Shown piece by piece: positions 22,200-34,934 of a DNA stretch of 64,000 nucleotides. Source of the DNA: Mobula hypostoma (taxonomy: Eukaryota); contig NC_086097.1 in the NCBI RefSeq assembly GCF_963921235.1, positions 233,432,001 through 233,496,000 on the forward strand. Direction: 5' to 3'. Every line of letters starts with the position of its first letter. Position 1 is the stretch's first letter. The notes under the pieces are model-generated. The model ran no database searches. It saw nothing but the letters and a program-made list of their open reading frames with translations, and was not told where the DNA came from. Position numbers and translations under genes: made by a program.

Positions 22200-22690
22200 G
22201 CCAGTGGAATACTTTTCATTCCAGGTCCTGGCCTTCAAGTGTGGCCTGGTGGAACTGTTTCTACTGACAAGAGAAGGGGAAAAGGCGGATCACAGGCACC
22301 TTAGAACCAGGCGCTTCAGGCAGATGAAATTCATCAGCCGTGGTTGGCAGTTCAGCTAGGAGAAGGAAAACTCTGATTTCAAACCTTCGCTGCCTTGGTG
22401 TTATACCCACTCATGCAGAAGGCTTCAGGAGTAAACCCCGAGGGAAAAATCTGTAGCTGGGGTCCCCAAGGCAGTCCTACATTGAGTTCAACACCAACTG
22501 GCGACTCCTGCGATGCTGCTGGTCTCAAACTGTACCAGTCCCTGCTGCTCCTTTGGGTTCATCAGTGGTGTGGAGAGTGGAAGCTTGCTACTTGGGCAAC
22601 ATTTTGCTCTCCATTTTGTACAGTGCAAGCTTGCATATCTAGACAGCTGGGATGCAACATCCATGGCTGACCCTGATTGACAGAGGCCTC
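22200..22690 (+). mobile_element. RTE-like non-autonomous repeat (second copy ~39405-39880)
   Basis: Both copies share taggagaaggaaa.ctctgatttcaaacct...tatacccactcatg...ggagtaaac. Confidence 0.6.
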
Positions 22691-24176
22691 CACATCTGGT
22701 GAATGCCAAGCAGCCGTACAAGAAGGTAGTCTCTTCTGAGGAAGGTCTCGGCCCGAAACATCTACTGTTTATTCATTTCCATAGATATTGCCTGACCTGC
22801 TGAGTTACTCCAGCTTTTAGTGTGGTGTTACATACAAAGTAACATTAGAATTATCAAATAATTTCTGTTTACCATGTTGGATGAGTAATAAATACTGTTG
22901 AGAACATCTGAGGTAAATCCGTTTTCTCCCCCAAAATGATGCCAAGAAAAATTGATGTCTACCAAAAGAGTTGAGTGGGTTTACCCACGTGCAGATGGAC
23001 TACACAAAAATGCATTTATCTCTGGGAAATATTGGACATGGTGGTGCATTTACAATCTGTATTTTGCTTTTGCTACAGAGATATTGCACCAGGGACTGCA
23101 GCTGGCCCCAGTAGCACATGAAAGAAATGTATACAGTGTAGTATGAAAACAAACCCTGCAGGAGAATGAGATATTAAATACATTATTAATATGAAGGTTA
23201 ATGGTTTACCACTGTTTGGGGTTAATTACACAATACCTCATCAGCAATACGACAGCGTGTTACATTGACAAGATGCTACCTAATTATTGGCAGCTTTGTA
23301 GGAGCCTTTTGGGATTTCAAGCTCGCATTATACTTCTTAAAGAAGAAAAAGGCTGGAAATAAATTAAACCAAGTCGCTGGAACAGGGAGCAATCAATCAA
23401 AATAAGCCCACTCTGCTCCAAGATTGTCCCGGAGGACAAGTATGCCTGAGGCTCTCCCAAAGGATGCTGCCTTCACTCAGATCAAAGCTAGGTTCCTAGC
23501 ACTGATCCTGCAAAGACATAACACAAAGTAGTAGTACTTGTTTGGGAATGTTTGGTTCAAATTGTTTGTACTGCCAAGTTTTTTTTAGAAGCCTCATTAT
23601 TATTTATTTCACCAAGGAGAAAGTTTATTAATGTACAAGTCCTTCATTAATAAGCACTGCAGTCTGAAGGAAAGTATCATTGAACAAAGGATAACGTATC
23701 GACCAGCAAAAATGAATAAAAATAAATACTAGCCATCTGCTTTGAGAAAGAAAAATGAAATTGAGAAAGATTGCTTCACTCCGTTACGGAAAAGAGTAAA
23801 CAGTCAATGTTTACTCTTGATGAAGGGTCTCGGCCCGAAACATCGACTGTTTACTCTTTTCCATGGATGTTGCCGGGACTGCTGGGTCCCTTCAGTAACT
23901 TATGTGTGTTGCTTGGGTTTCTAAATCTGCAGATCTTCTCTTGTTTGTGATTTCACTCCATCATGGCTGGTTCATTAAAGTTGACATAATACTTAATTCC
24001 AAATGAATCTGCTCAAAATTATGATTGTATCGAGGTGAAACCCCTTTTTACCGGGCATCTCTAAATGCAGCTCATTAGTCCCAATTTCTGAATGGACATT
24101 GATCCCATAAACACTACCTCACTACTTTTATTTTTGCACTATTAATTTAATTGAACTATATGTTGTGTACATACAT

Positions 24177-26605
24177 CTACTGATGCTTCTGGACACATCT
24201 TCAGTGATGTTCCTGGAATCATCGGGTGTTTCAGGTCTTTCAACATCATACGACATCCTCCAGGTGACCCAGCCGGGGCTGATCAGACCCCAGCTTGTGT
24301 CCAGATGGCTCACTACTTATGACTCCATGGCTCCCCCCTTTTGAGCCACAGCCATCTTGAGGCCCTCTCTGCTGCATCGGTGGTACTGCGGATGGCTCTC
24401 CTCTTCCTCTCTCCCTCGATGCCCAAATTACTGAAGGCTCTAACTAAGGAATGGGCCGCAAATCTCTACAACCAACCTCCAGTGGGAGACACCTCGCTCT
24501 CCATCCAGCCTGCTGACAGTTGCTGACCAGTCCTGTGTACTTGGAGAGCTTCCTTTCAAAGGCCTCCTCCAAGCTATCTTCCTATTGGACTGTCAGCTCC
24601 AGCATCACCACTTGCTTAGTCGACTCAGACACTAGGACAATGTCTGGTCGCAGGTGGTGGCTGAGATTTGGTTGGGGAACCTCAGCTGCCGTTCGAGGTC
24701 CACCAACAGCTGCCAGTCCCTTGCAGAGGTCAGAATGCCTGCAGATGTTCTTTTGGCAGGTATTGGCTGCTCCCCAGCTTTGACAAAGGCAATGGTCTGC
24801 TTGAAGAGTCGGGACCACTTCACCCACTCAACTCCTGCATTGACGGCTTCAGCGATGGTCTTCAGGACCTGATTATGCCTCCACCTGTACCGTCCCTCAC
24901 CAAGTGCCCTTGCGCAGCCGCTGAGGATGTGCTCCAGGGTTCCTCGCTTGGAGCACAGTGGGCACGCAGATGACTCTGCCTTGCCCCATGTGTGCAGATT
25001 TGATGGGCTTGGAAGCACATCGTACACTGCCTGGATGAGAAATTGGATGCGTTGTGATTCGGTTTTCCAAAGATCAGCTCAGGTCACTTTCCTCTCAACC
25101 GCATTCTCCCATCTTGTCCAAGCTCCCTGTTGCTTCATTCCCACCACCTTGCAGGCTCTCGTCTCCTCCACTACTGCTCTCACCTCCTCCTGAACTAGAC
25201 GATGCCTTTCCTTCCCTCTGGTGTCCATTTGGGGAGTTGGAAAGGATCCTAGCCCAGCTCGGCCTCGTGTGACCACTCCCACCAGCCTCATGTGACGCAG
25301 CCTTGCCTCTGCTTCCTGAACGGCTTCCTCTGCCCTCCACTTCCTGCCAGTCCTCACTTGGATCCCTGCACTAGCCACCTTCGGGTCAGTTGAGTCCCTA
25401 TACTGTAGCACTTCTCTGGCTCTTGTTACCTTGAATTCTTCCTCCAAGGATTTGAAGGGCAGTTGCAGTTTGTTGTGGTGTCCATAGAGTGCGATGCTGC
25501 TCAGGCTCTTTGGCAGCCCCAGCCATCTCCTGAGGTGGTTGCTAACCCTCCTCTCTAAGGTTTCGACTGTCGAGATCGGAACTGCATAGACGAGGAGGGG
25601 CCACAGGATTCTGGGAAGAATGCCATGCTGATACACCCAGGCTTTAAAGTTCCCAGGTAGGCCAGATTTGTCCATAGATTTCAGCCAGCCATCCAACAGG
25701 TCGCCTGAATGGATGTCGTGTCCCTTAAAGAGCTGTCAAAAACTTTGCTTAAGCTCTTGACTGGCTTTTCTGTGATGGTTGGGATGGTTGTGCCTGTGAT
25801 GCTGAACCAGAACTTGTTCTCCACCTTCCCTTTCCTCAGCACCATCGATCTTGATTTGACAGGTTTGAAACGCATCCGGGCCCACTCCATCGGCTTTTCG
25901 AGCCCTTGCTGAATCCACCGGCAGCCTGGGACCGATTCTATGGTTACTGTGAGGTCATCCATGAATGCCCTGATAGGTGGCTGCCACTGAGCAGAAGTCA
26001 CTCTGGTTCAGTAGACTTAGTGAGCATGTTCATGGCTAGGGAGAACAGTGTCACTGAGATAGTGATGATGCCGATCTCCACCTTGTGCCAGGCTGATGTA
26101 ATTGTTCCTGAAGAGACCCTCATCCTGAAGTTGCTGTAATAATCAGCGACAAGGTCTCTGATTCTGCTGGGGACGTGATATTTGGTCAGTGTGAGCTGCA
26201 CCAGCTTGTGTGGAAAGCAGCCATATGCATTTGCCAGGTCGAGCCACAGCACTGACAGGTTGCCCTTGTTCTCTCTGGCTTCCCTGATGAGCTGTGTCAC
26301 CACACCGATATGCTCCAGACAGCCCGGCATCCCTGAAATGCCTCCCTTCTGGACTGATGTATCAATATAGGTGTTCTTTGCTAGGTAGGTGCACAGCCGG
26401 TTAGAAACGGCGCTGAAGAAGATCTTCACCTCGACACACAGCAGGGAGATAATGCGGAACCGATCTGTTTGGGTGGCATTTTCCTCCTTCGGGATCCACA
26501 CCCATTCAGCCACTCTCCATTGTTCTGGGATCTTCCCCCTTCTCCAGAAGATTCTCAGGATCTTCCACGGACGCAGCAGGAGCTTGGGTCAGTTCCTGTA
26601 CACTT
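24177..26605 (-). mobile_element. Hero-clade (R2-group, RLE) non-LTR retrotransposon, 5'-truncated, 11-bp TSD
   Basis: RT: IPKEE...FRIISLL, QKGGISGMPGCLEH, WLDLANAYG, RAFMDDLTV; zinc knuckle CPLCSKRGTLEHILSGC; YRWRHNQVL; RLE LRPDIVLVSESTKQVVMLELTV; TSD tgtacatacat at 24166-24176 and 26606-26616. Confidence 0.9.
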
Positions 26606-27253
26606 TGTACATACATATAAATACTTACTGTAGTTCATCTTTTCCTCTATTATTATGTATTGCATTGTACTTTTACTGCAAAGACAACAAATTTCACAAC
26701 ATATGCCGGTGATATTAAACCTGGTTCTGATTCTGATTTCTCTGCTCTGATTTTTCTTCATTTTTTTCTTTCTCCCTTGTTGTTAGAAGAACTATCTGCA
26801 ATCTAGAATCAATATTGTGACTCTCTCCTTAAATCCTTCCACTGAGCTATTCCAATTGCTTCTTTTTCCACCTTGAAAAACCTGCCAGAATCCTAGTCTT
26901 CGAATCTTGCTTCAGTCCTCTCTACTATCTGTCCTACAATCATTTCTCTCTTATGAAGCAGCTAAGGACAGATCAATTAAATTAAAGCTTGTATGGTATA
27001 TTGGTGGAATAAATCAATATCACTCAAACTAAAAGTTATCCAACAGTGGATATTGTTGATAAAGATGTCATTTAAATGCAAATTGTTGTTCTCAATAAAA
27101 AACAGAGGAAACTCTATGGAACTCACTGCATTGATAGTGCACATGATTGTGTAGTTACCAATAGATAATGCATTACAATGGTTACACTTCTGTTAGGAAT
27201 TTGCAGAAAATGAAACAAGGGGAAGCCAATTGAACGTCTTGTCATAAAAATTA

Positions 27254-30200
27254 CATAGAAAACCATAGAAACTACAGCACAGAAACAGACCTTTTGGCCC
27301 TTCTTGGCTGTACCGAACTATTTTCTGCCTCGTCCCACTGACCTTCACACGGACCATATCCCTCCATACACCTCCCATCCATGTATCTGTCCAAATTATT
27401 CTCAAATGTTAAAAAAGAACCCACATTTACCACCTCGTCTGGCAGCTCATTCCATACTCCCACCACTCCCTGTGTGAAGAAGCCCCCCCTAATATTCCCT
27501 TTAAACTTTTCCCCCCTCACCCTTAACCCATGTCCTCTGGTTTTTTTCTCCCTCTGCCTCAGGGGAAAAAGCCTGCTTGCATTCACTCTATCTATACCCA
27601 TTATAATTTTATATACCACTATCAAATCTCCCCTCATTCTTCTATGCTCCAGGGAATAAAGTCCTAACCTATTCAACCTTTCTCTGTAACTGAGTTTCTC
27701 AAGTCCCGGCAACATCCTTGTAAACCTTCTCTGCACTCTTTCAACCTTATTTATATCCTTCCTGTAATTTGGTGACCAAAACTGAACACAATACTCCAGA
27801 TTCGGCCTCACCAATGCCTTATACAACCTCATCATAACATTCCAGCTCTTATACTCAATACTTTGATTAATAAAGGCCAATGTACCAAAAACTCTCTTTA
27901 TGACCCTATCTACCTGTGACACCAGTTTTAGGGAATTTTGTATCTGTATTCCCAGATCCCTCTATTCCACTGCACTCCTCAGTGCCTTACCATTAACCCT
28001 GTATGTTCTACGTTGGTTTGTCCTTCCAACGTGCAATACCTCACACTTGTCAGTATTAAACTCCATCTGCCATTTTTCAGCCCATTTTTCCAGCTGGTCC
28101 AAGTCCCTCTGCAGGCTCTGAAAAACTTCCTCACTGTCTACTATACCTCCAATCTTTGTATCATCAGCAAACTTGCTGATCCAATTTACCATATTATCAT
28201 CCAGATCATTGATATAGATGACAAATAACAATGGACCCAGCACTGATCCCTGTGGCACACCACTAGTCACAGGCCTCCACTTGGAGAAGCAATTCTCTAC
28301 CACCACTCTCTGGCTTCTTCCATCGGGCCAATGTCTAATCCAATTTACCACCTCTCCATGTATACCTAGTGACTGAATTTTCCTAACTAACCTCTCATGC
28401 GGGACCTTGTCAAAGGCCTTACTGAAGTCCATGTAGACAATATCCACTGCCTTCCCTTCATCCACTTTCCTGGTAACCTCCTCGAAAAACTCCAATAGAT
28501 TAGTCAAACATGACCTACCACGCACAAAGCCATGTTGACTCTCCCTAATAAGTCCCTGTCTATCCAAATGCTTGTAGATTCTGTCTCTTAGTACTCCCTC
28601 CAATAACTTACCTACTACCGATGTTAAATTTACTGGCTTATAATTTCCCGGATTACTTTTCGATCCTTTTTTAAACAACGGAACAACATGAGCTACTTTC
28701 CAATCCTCCGGCACCTCACCTGTAGACAGTGACATTTTAAATATTTCAGCCAGGGCCCCTGCAATTTCAACACTAGTCTTCTTCAAGGTCCGAGGAAACA
28801 CCCTGTCAGCTCCCGGGGATTTATCCACTTTAATTTTCCTCAAGACAGCAAGGACCTCGTCCTTTTCGATCTGTACATGATCTCACTAATTGTTTCCCTT
28901 AATTCCATAGACTTCATGCCAGTTTCCTTAGTAAATACAGACGCAAAAAACCTATTTAAGATCTCCCCCATTTCCTTTGGTTCCGCACATAGCCGACCAC
29001 TCTGATCTTCAAGAGGACCAATTTTATCCCTTACAATCCTTTTGCTCTTAATATACCTGTAAAAGCTCTTTGGATTATCCTTCACTTTGACTGCCAAGGC
29101 AACCTCATGTCTTCTTTTAGCCCTCCTGATTTCTTTCTTAAGTATTTTCTTGCACTTCTTATACTCCTCAAGCATCTTATTTACGCCCTGCTTCCTATAC
29201 ACGTCATACAACTCCCTCTTCTTCTTTATCAGTGTTGCAATATCTTCCTTATTCCTATTCACCTTGCCTTTAATCCTGACAGGAACATACAAATTCTGCA
29301 CTCTCAAAATTTCTGCTTTGAAGGTTTCCCACCTACAGATCACATCCATGCCAGAGAACAACCTGTCCCAATCCACGCTTTTTAGATCCTTTCTCATTTT
29401 TTCAAATTTGGCCTTCTTCCAGTTGAGAACCTCAACCCTAGGACCAGATCTATCCTTGTCCATGATCAAGTTGAAACTAATGGTGTAATGATCACTGGAA
29501 CCAAAGTGCTCCCCTACACAGACTTCTGTCACTTGTCCTAACTCGTTTCCTAACAGGAGATCCAATATTGCATCCCCTCTAGTTGGTCCCTCTATATATT
29601 GATTTAGAAAACTTTCCTGAACACATTTTACAAACTCTAAACCATCTAGACCCCTAACAGTATGGGAGACCCAATCAATATATGGAAAATTAAAATCCCC
29701 TACCACCACAACTTTATGTTTCCTGCAGTTGCCTGCTATCTCTCTGCAGATTTGCACTTCCAAGTCTCGATGACTATTGGCTGGTCTGTAATACAATCCC
29801 ACTAATGTGGCCATACCTTTCCTGTTTCTCAGCTCCACCCACAAAGACTCAGTAGACAAGCCCTCTAATCTGTCCTGCCTGAGCACTGCATTAATATTTT
29901 CCCTAACAAGCAATGCCACTCCCCCACCTTTCATTCCTCTGCCTCTATCACATCTGAAACATCGGAACCCTGGAATATTAAGCTGCCAGTCCTGCCCCTC
30001 CTGTAGCCAAGTTTCACTAATTGCTACAACGTCATAATTCCATGTGTCAATTCACGCCCTCAACTCATCCGCCTTCCCCGCAATACTCCTAGCATTGAAA
30101 TATATACACCTCAGAAGATTTTTACCACCACTCACAACCTTTCTATTAGCGGATTTGCTTGAACTTTTAACATCATTTATTTTCACCCCAGCCACACTGT

Positions 30201-30440
30201 CAGCTCTGGCACTTTGGTTCCCATCCCCCTGCAAATCTAGTTTAAAGCCCCCCCAATAGCATTAACAAACCTCCCTGAAAGGATATTGGTCCCCCTGTAG
30301 TTCAAGTGTAACCCGTCTCTCTTGTACATGTCCCACCTGCCCCAGAAGAGGTCCCAATTATCCTGAAATCTGAAACCCTGCCCCCTACACCAGTTCCTCA
30401 GCTACTTGTTCATCCTCCAGAGCATCCTATTCCTACCCCA
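27254..30440 (-). mobile_element. CR1 LINE with complete but disrupted ORF2 (APE + RT) and end of ORF1 esterase
   Basis: ORF1 tail WDLFWGRWDMYKRDGLHLN; ORF2 CIYFNARSI, GGGVALLV, VGDFNFP, GSSDH, YMDFSKAFDKVPH, SGVPQGSVLGP, KFADDTK; stops at 30052 and 27962, frameshift near 28850. Confidence 0.96.
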
Positions 30441-30547
30441 TTTACCTTGTTTCCAAGTACCTCACATCCATCCCCGGCCCAAAACACAAAGTAAGAAGGA
30501 TTACGTTATCTCAATATTATAAGAAAGAGCTAAATATTGGTAATACA

Positions 30548-31175
30548 GACTCAGTGGCCACTTTATTCATTACACATGTACACCTGCTCATTAAAGAAAA
30601 TATCTAATCAGCCAATCACATCAGAGCAACTCAATGCAATAAAAATCATGCAGACATGGACAAGAGGTACAATTATGTACAGACTAAACAACAGAATGGG
30701 CTAAAAATGCAATCTAAGTGACTTTGGCCGTGGAATATTTGTTGCTGCCAGATGGGGTGGTTTGAGTATCTCAGAATCTGCTGCTCTCCTGGGATTTTCA
30801 TGTGCAACAATCTCTAGAGCAGGGGTTCCCAACCCGGGGTCCACAGACCCCTTGCTTAATCATGGAGGTCCATGGCATAAAAAAGGTTGGGAAAGCCTGC
30901 TCTAGAGTTTACAGAGAATAGTGCAAAAAAAAAGTCCTGTGAGTAACAGTTTTGTGGTTGAAATTTCCTGTCAGTGAGAGGTGTCTGAGCGGAATGGCCA
31001 GTGGTTCAACCTGACAGGAAGGTGACAGTAACTCAGACAACCACACATTAGTGGTGTGCAGAACATCTCTGACTGTACAATACGTAGAATTTTGAAGTGA
31101 ATGAGCCACCGCTGCCAAAGCCCACGAACAGACACTCGGTACACAGGAGGTTCCTAATAAAGTGATCACTGAGTG
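30548..31175 (+). mobile_element. Tc1/mariner-type non-autonomous element
   Basis: TIRs actcagtggccactttatt / aataaagtgatcactgagtg followed by TA; homologous copies at 34278-36242(-) and 62938-63452(+). Confidence 0.8.
30820..30899. mobile_element. 80-bp hAT (Charlie-type) MITE
   Basis: TIRs caggggttcccaacc / ggttgggaaagcctg; perfect 8-bp TSD ctctagag (30812-30819, 30900-30907). Confidence 0.9.
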
Positions 31176-31680
31176 TATCTGAAGGTCACGATAGAATTGT
31201 GAGAAGAGAAACATGCTGTCAGAATTGGACTCAGTCAGTGGAGCTCCAGTGTGGATTTTGATTAGCATGCACACATTTCTAAATTGAATTACAGTAGATG
31301 TATGCATCATGACTCTTACCTGAGGAGGCAGTTCATGAATCTTACCATATTCAACATAGATGTGGAACTAACACAGTCAATTTAGAGCTCAATGTTTCAG
31401 CTAATGAGCTCCTTTAGTCTTCCATGACTGACCATGTCTTAAACAGCATGAAGAAAACTGAGACAAGTCTATTTAAAGGGATTATCACCATATTTTAGGT
31501 TAGTGGCTGACTGAATTCTTTTAGTTGTTGACATATTCCTATCAGCATCAGGTGGCTTTAATACTTATTTCAAAATGCATGGCAAGTGCTTCAGAAATTC
31601 CAACTAAATGCACTCTGTCAAGAGTGAATTAGTGGGCATTCCCCTGGAGAACTGAATGGATGGGAGAATGGGTAAAGGCT

Positions 31681-32094
31681 TGTGATGAGTTTTGGGATGA
31701 GGTGCTGGAGAGCATTGCGCTCCAAGTTTTTTCAAGCACCTGAATTGGTTAATTGTTGTTTATCTAGAGTCATTATTTGTTTACAGGTCCTTGTGTTTTT
31801 CTCAAGTGACTTGCTCTTTGTAATGCTGTCTCCTGGTGTCTTCATCTTAAGCTTGTTAAGTTTATTTTGATAGTCTCAGGGTTTCTGTGCTACTTATATT
31901 ATTTAAGTGGATGCCTGATTAGTGCTAATTGCAGGGTCCTACTTTTTAGAATGCTACATTTTGCAGTGTCGCTCAGCTAAGTCACTGATGTTCTTTTGGA
32001 ATTATTATGAATAAACTCTCGTTGCCGTGTTTACATCCGAGTCTGTCTTTTCCTCCGCACTTGTGTTCCGATATTGCCAGCCCGCGTCATGACA
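31681..32094 (+). mobile_element. Solo LTR (Gypsy-type)
   Basis: tgtgatga...tcatgaca termini, 5-bp TSD aggct (31676-31680, 32095-32099), AATAAA at 32010-32015. Confidence 0.88.
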
Positions 32095-32189
32095 AGGCTG
32101 AATGGAGCCAGGGAAGATAAAAAGAGGAGAAGATCTTTATAGATGACTATCTCCATTGACCCACCTGGACAGTTCTGGGAACAATACTC

Positions 32190-32480
32190 CTGTACCTCTG
32201 TCCTGATGGCAGCGGCAAGAAGAGAGCATGGGCTCTGATTATTGATGCTGCTTTCCTGCGTTAGGACTCCTTGTAGATGTGTTCAATGGTGGGGAGGGCT
32301 TTACCTATGATGGTCTGGGCTGCATCCACTACACTTTGTAGACATTTCCATTTAATGGTATTGGTGCTTCCAAACCAGGCCATGATGCAACCAGTTAGTA
32401 TACACTCCACTGTGTAACTATAAGAGTCAGTCAACGCTTTCGGTGACGTGTCGAATCTTCACAAACTTTTAAGAAAGTAG
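32190..32480 (-). mobile_element. Rex1/Babar LINE fragment
   Basis: Reverse complement of the ESILTGCI.AWFG...LQSVV..AQTI-like coding region. Confidence 0.7.
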
Positions 32481-34436
32481 ATCAGTGTACAGCAAGTCAG
32501 GAAATTTTTGTAAGCCACAGTGCTGTACGCTGATATGTAATAGAGGTTACTGAAACTCTCCCTTCAAAGAGAACCAACAGCATTTCATTCGCTCCTGCTG
32601 CCATCAGCCAGAGCATCTATCTTACATGGGACTGGAGGGTTCCCATGCAAGGTGCATGGTCTCAAACAACAAATGTATAGTGAAACATTGTCAGAGCATT
32701 TAATTTCTACACTATACAGGATATGAAAAGTGTTCCACTTTGTTATTGTTCACCAGATGCTTGATCATACAGTGCATCAGTGCAAATCAATGCCTTGCCA
32801 CTTTCTGCCACAATGCCTTCTTCCTGTGGCAGCTCATTGTGCCTGCCTCATACAGCAGACAGAGGAGTGACCGCTGATTGACATTCAGATCCAAACTAAC
32901 TTGCAGCTGCCCAGACTAACCATAACGGGAGCCAACAACTCAGATTATTGATCCTTTCTGATGTGTCCATCCAATCAATTGATTGGATTCTGAAGTAATT
33001 ATAAAGAGTAGGCAGCAAAAGATCTCATACCATCTGTACCACAATCAATGCACACATCACAATCCCCCATTGTTGTTATGGGAACTATTGAATTTAATTC
33101 CTGGGATAATACCTCAATAGACATCAGTTTAACTCTTAGCACAACTACAAAGTATGAGTGAGCTAGTGGGCTGATGTGTAAGTACGGGGCCAAAGAAAAT
33201 GAGAACATTATGCGATCATTTCAGTTTTAGCTTTCAAGGGCTTCGAAAATGTATATACTAATGCTGGACAATTTAACTCAATACTTTCAACACCAAAAAG
33301 CTAGTTCTTATTCATCCTTTTCTTCTGTCTATTCTTCTTTCCTATTTTCCAGCAATGTTAAAATGCAATATTAACTGCACCATGCATGTGGTATTGCACT
33401 GAAAGCCTTATTAATAATGAATTTAAGTTTGTTTATGCTGACTTTGCCAGTACAGTCGGAGTATTTATGTTTTAAAAGCAGCACCAATAACTCTGTTTTA
33501 CTGGCCCAATAGGCATGTCTTAGTGCTTTGTACTTCATAACTTCAATATTCTCTTGTCCCTGTCCTTTCATCCTGCAGATGCAATGATCATGTTTAAGTG
33601 ACATTTAGACAGGCATATTTGAGGCACTCAGACAGGCTCATGAGTGGAGGGATATAGAACATCAGTGGGCAGTTGTGTTCTGTTTAAATTGGCGTGGTGG
33701 TTGGCACAGGCAAAGTGAATGAAGGGTCTGTTCCTACACAATACTACTCTGTAGTATGCTGACGTTCTTATGCTCTAGCTGCTCCCATTCACTAATTGAC
33801 CAGATACACTGGCTTACAGCTCATCCCTATGGTCATCCCAGTTTTACCCTTTCAAAAACATCCCCCTTCCCACTTTCCCTGGAGCTTTCTTAAAGTTATC
33901 TTTCCCTTCCTGTTAGTTCTGATGAAATCTCTCCAACCTGAAATGCTGGTTCTGTTTCCCTTTCCAAGATGTGGCCTGATTTGCTGACTATATCCAGCAT
34001 AGTCAGTTCTCGTTTGAGATGTTCAACATCTTTAGTTTTTTGTGATCAATGTAACTTTTTAAACACATGACTCACAGGCATTTCACTCAACGGGAAGAAG
34101 TAAAATCTCCTCTAAAAGTTTTAATGAGGACCTTCATGCCAAGCTATCTATCATGGAAATTTGTGAAGCATATGTTAATTTTGAAAATAAAATAATCCTG
34201 TAGCCCTCAAGTATTAATATTAGCAGCTGCATAATATTAATAAGTTTTCACTTTTTCAACTGTTACCTGGAGGTATCGACTCCCTGTCACTTTATTCGCT
34301 ACCTCCTGTACCTAATAAAGTGGCCACTGAGTGTATGTTCGTGGTCTTCTGCTGCTGTAGCCCATCCACTTCAAGGTTCAACATGCTGTGCATTCAGAGA
34401 TGTTCTTCTGCACACCACTGTTGTAACACATGGTTA

Positions 34437-34750
34437 ACGAACGAGGGGTCACAGTTTAAGGATAAAGGGGAAGCCCTTTAGGACCGAGATTAGGAAAAAC
34501 TTCTTCACACAGAGAGTGGTGAATCTGTGGAATTCTCTGCCACAGGAAACAGTTGAGGCCGGTTCATTGGCTATATTTAAGAGGGAGTTAGATATGGCCC
34601 TTGTGTCTAAAGGGATCAGGAGGTATGGAGAGAACGCAGGTACAGGGTTCTGAGTTGGATGATCAGCCATGATCGTATTGAATGGTGGTGCAGGCTCGAA
34701 GGGCCAAATGGCCTACTCCTGCACCTATTTTCTATGTTTCTATGTTTCTA
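34437..34750 (+). mobile_element. CR1 3' end
   Basis: Near-identical to 47425-47727; tail ttttctatgtttctatgtttcta. Confidence 0.9.
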
Positions 34751-34934
34751 TTTGAGTTACTGTCACCTTCTTGTCAGCTTGAACCAGTCTGGCCGTTCCC
34801 CGCTGACCTCTCGCATTAACAAGGTGCTTTCACCCACACAACTGCCGCTCACTGGATGTTTCTTCTTGTTTTTCATACCGTGATCTGTTATCTCGGGAGA
34901 CTGCTGTAAATGAAAATCTCAGGCGATACTCAAA

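Noticed and set aside
29087..29488. 133-aa hydrophobic plus-strand ORF (and similar ORFs such as 37391-37831)
   Set aside because: Antisense shadows of CR1 ORF2
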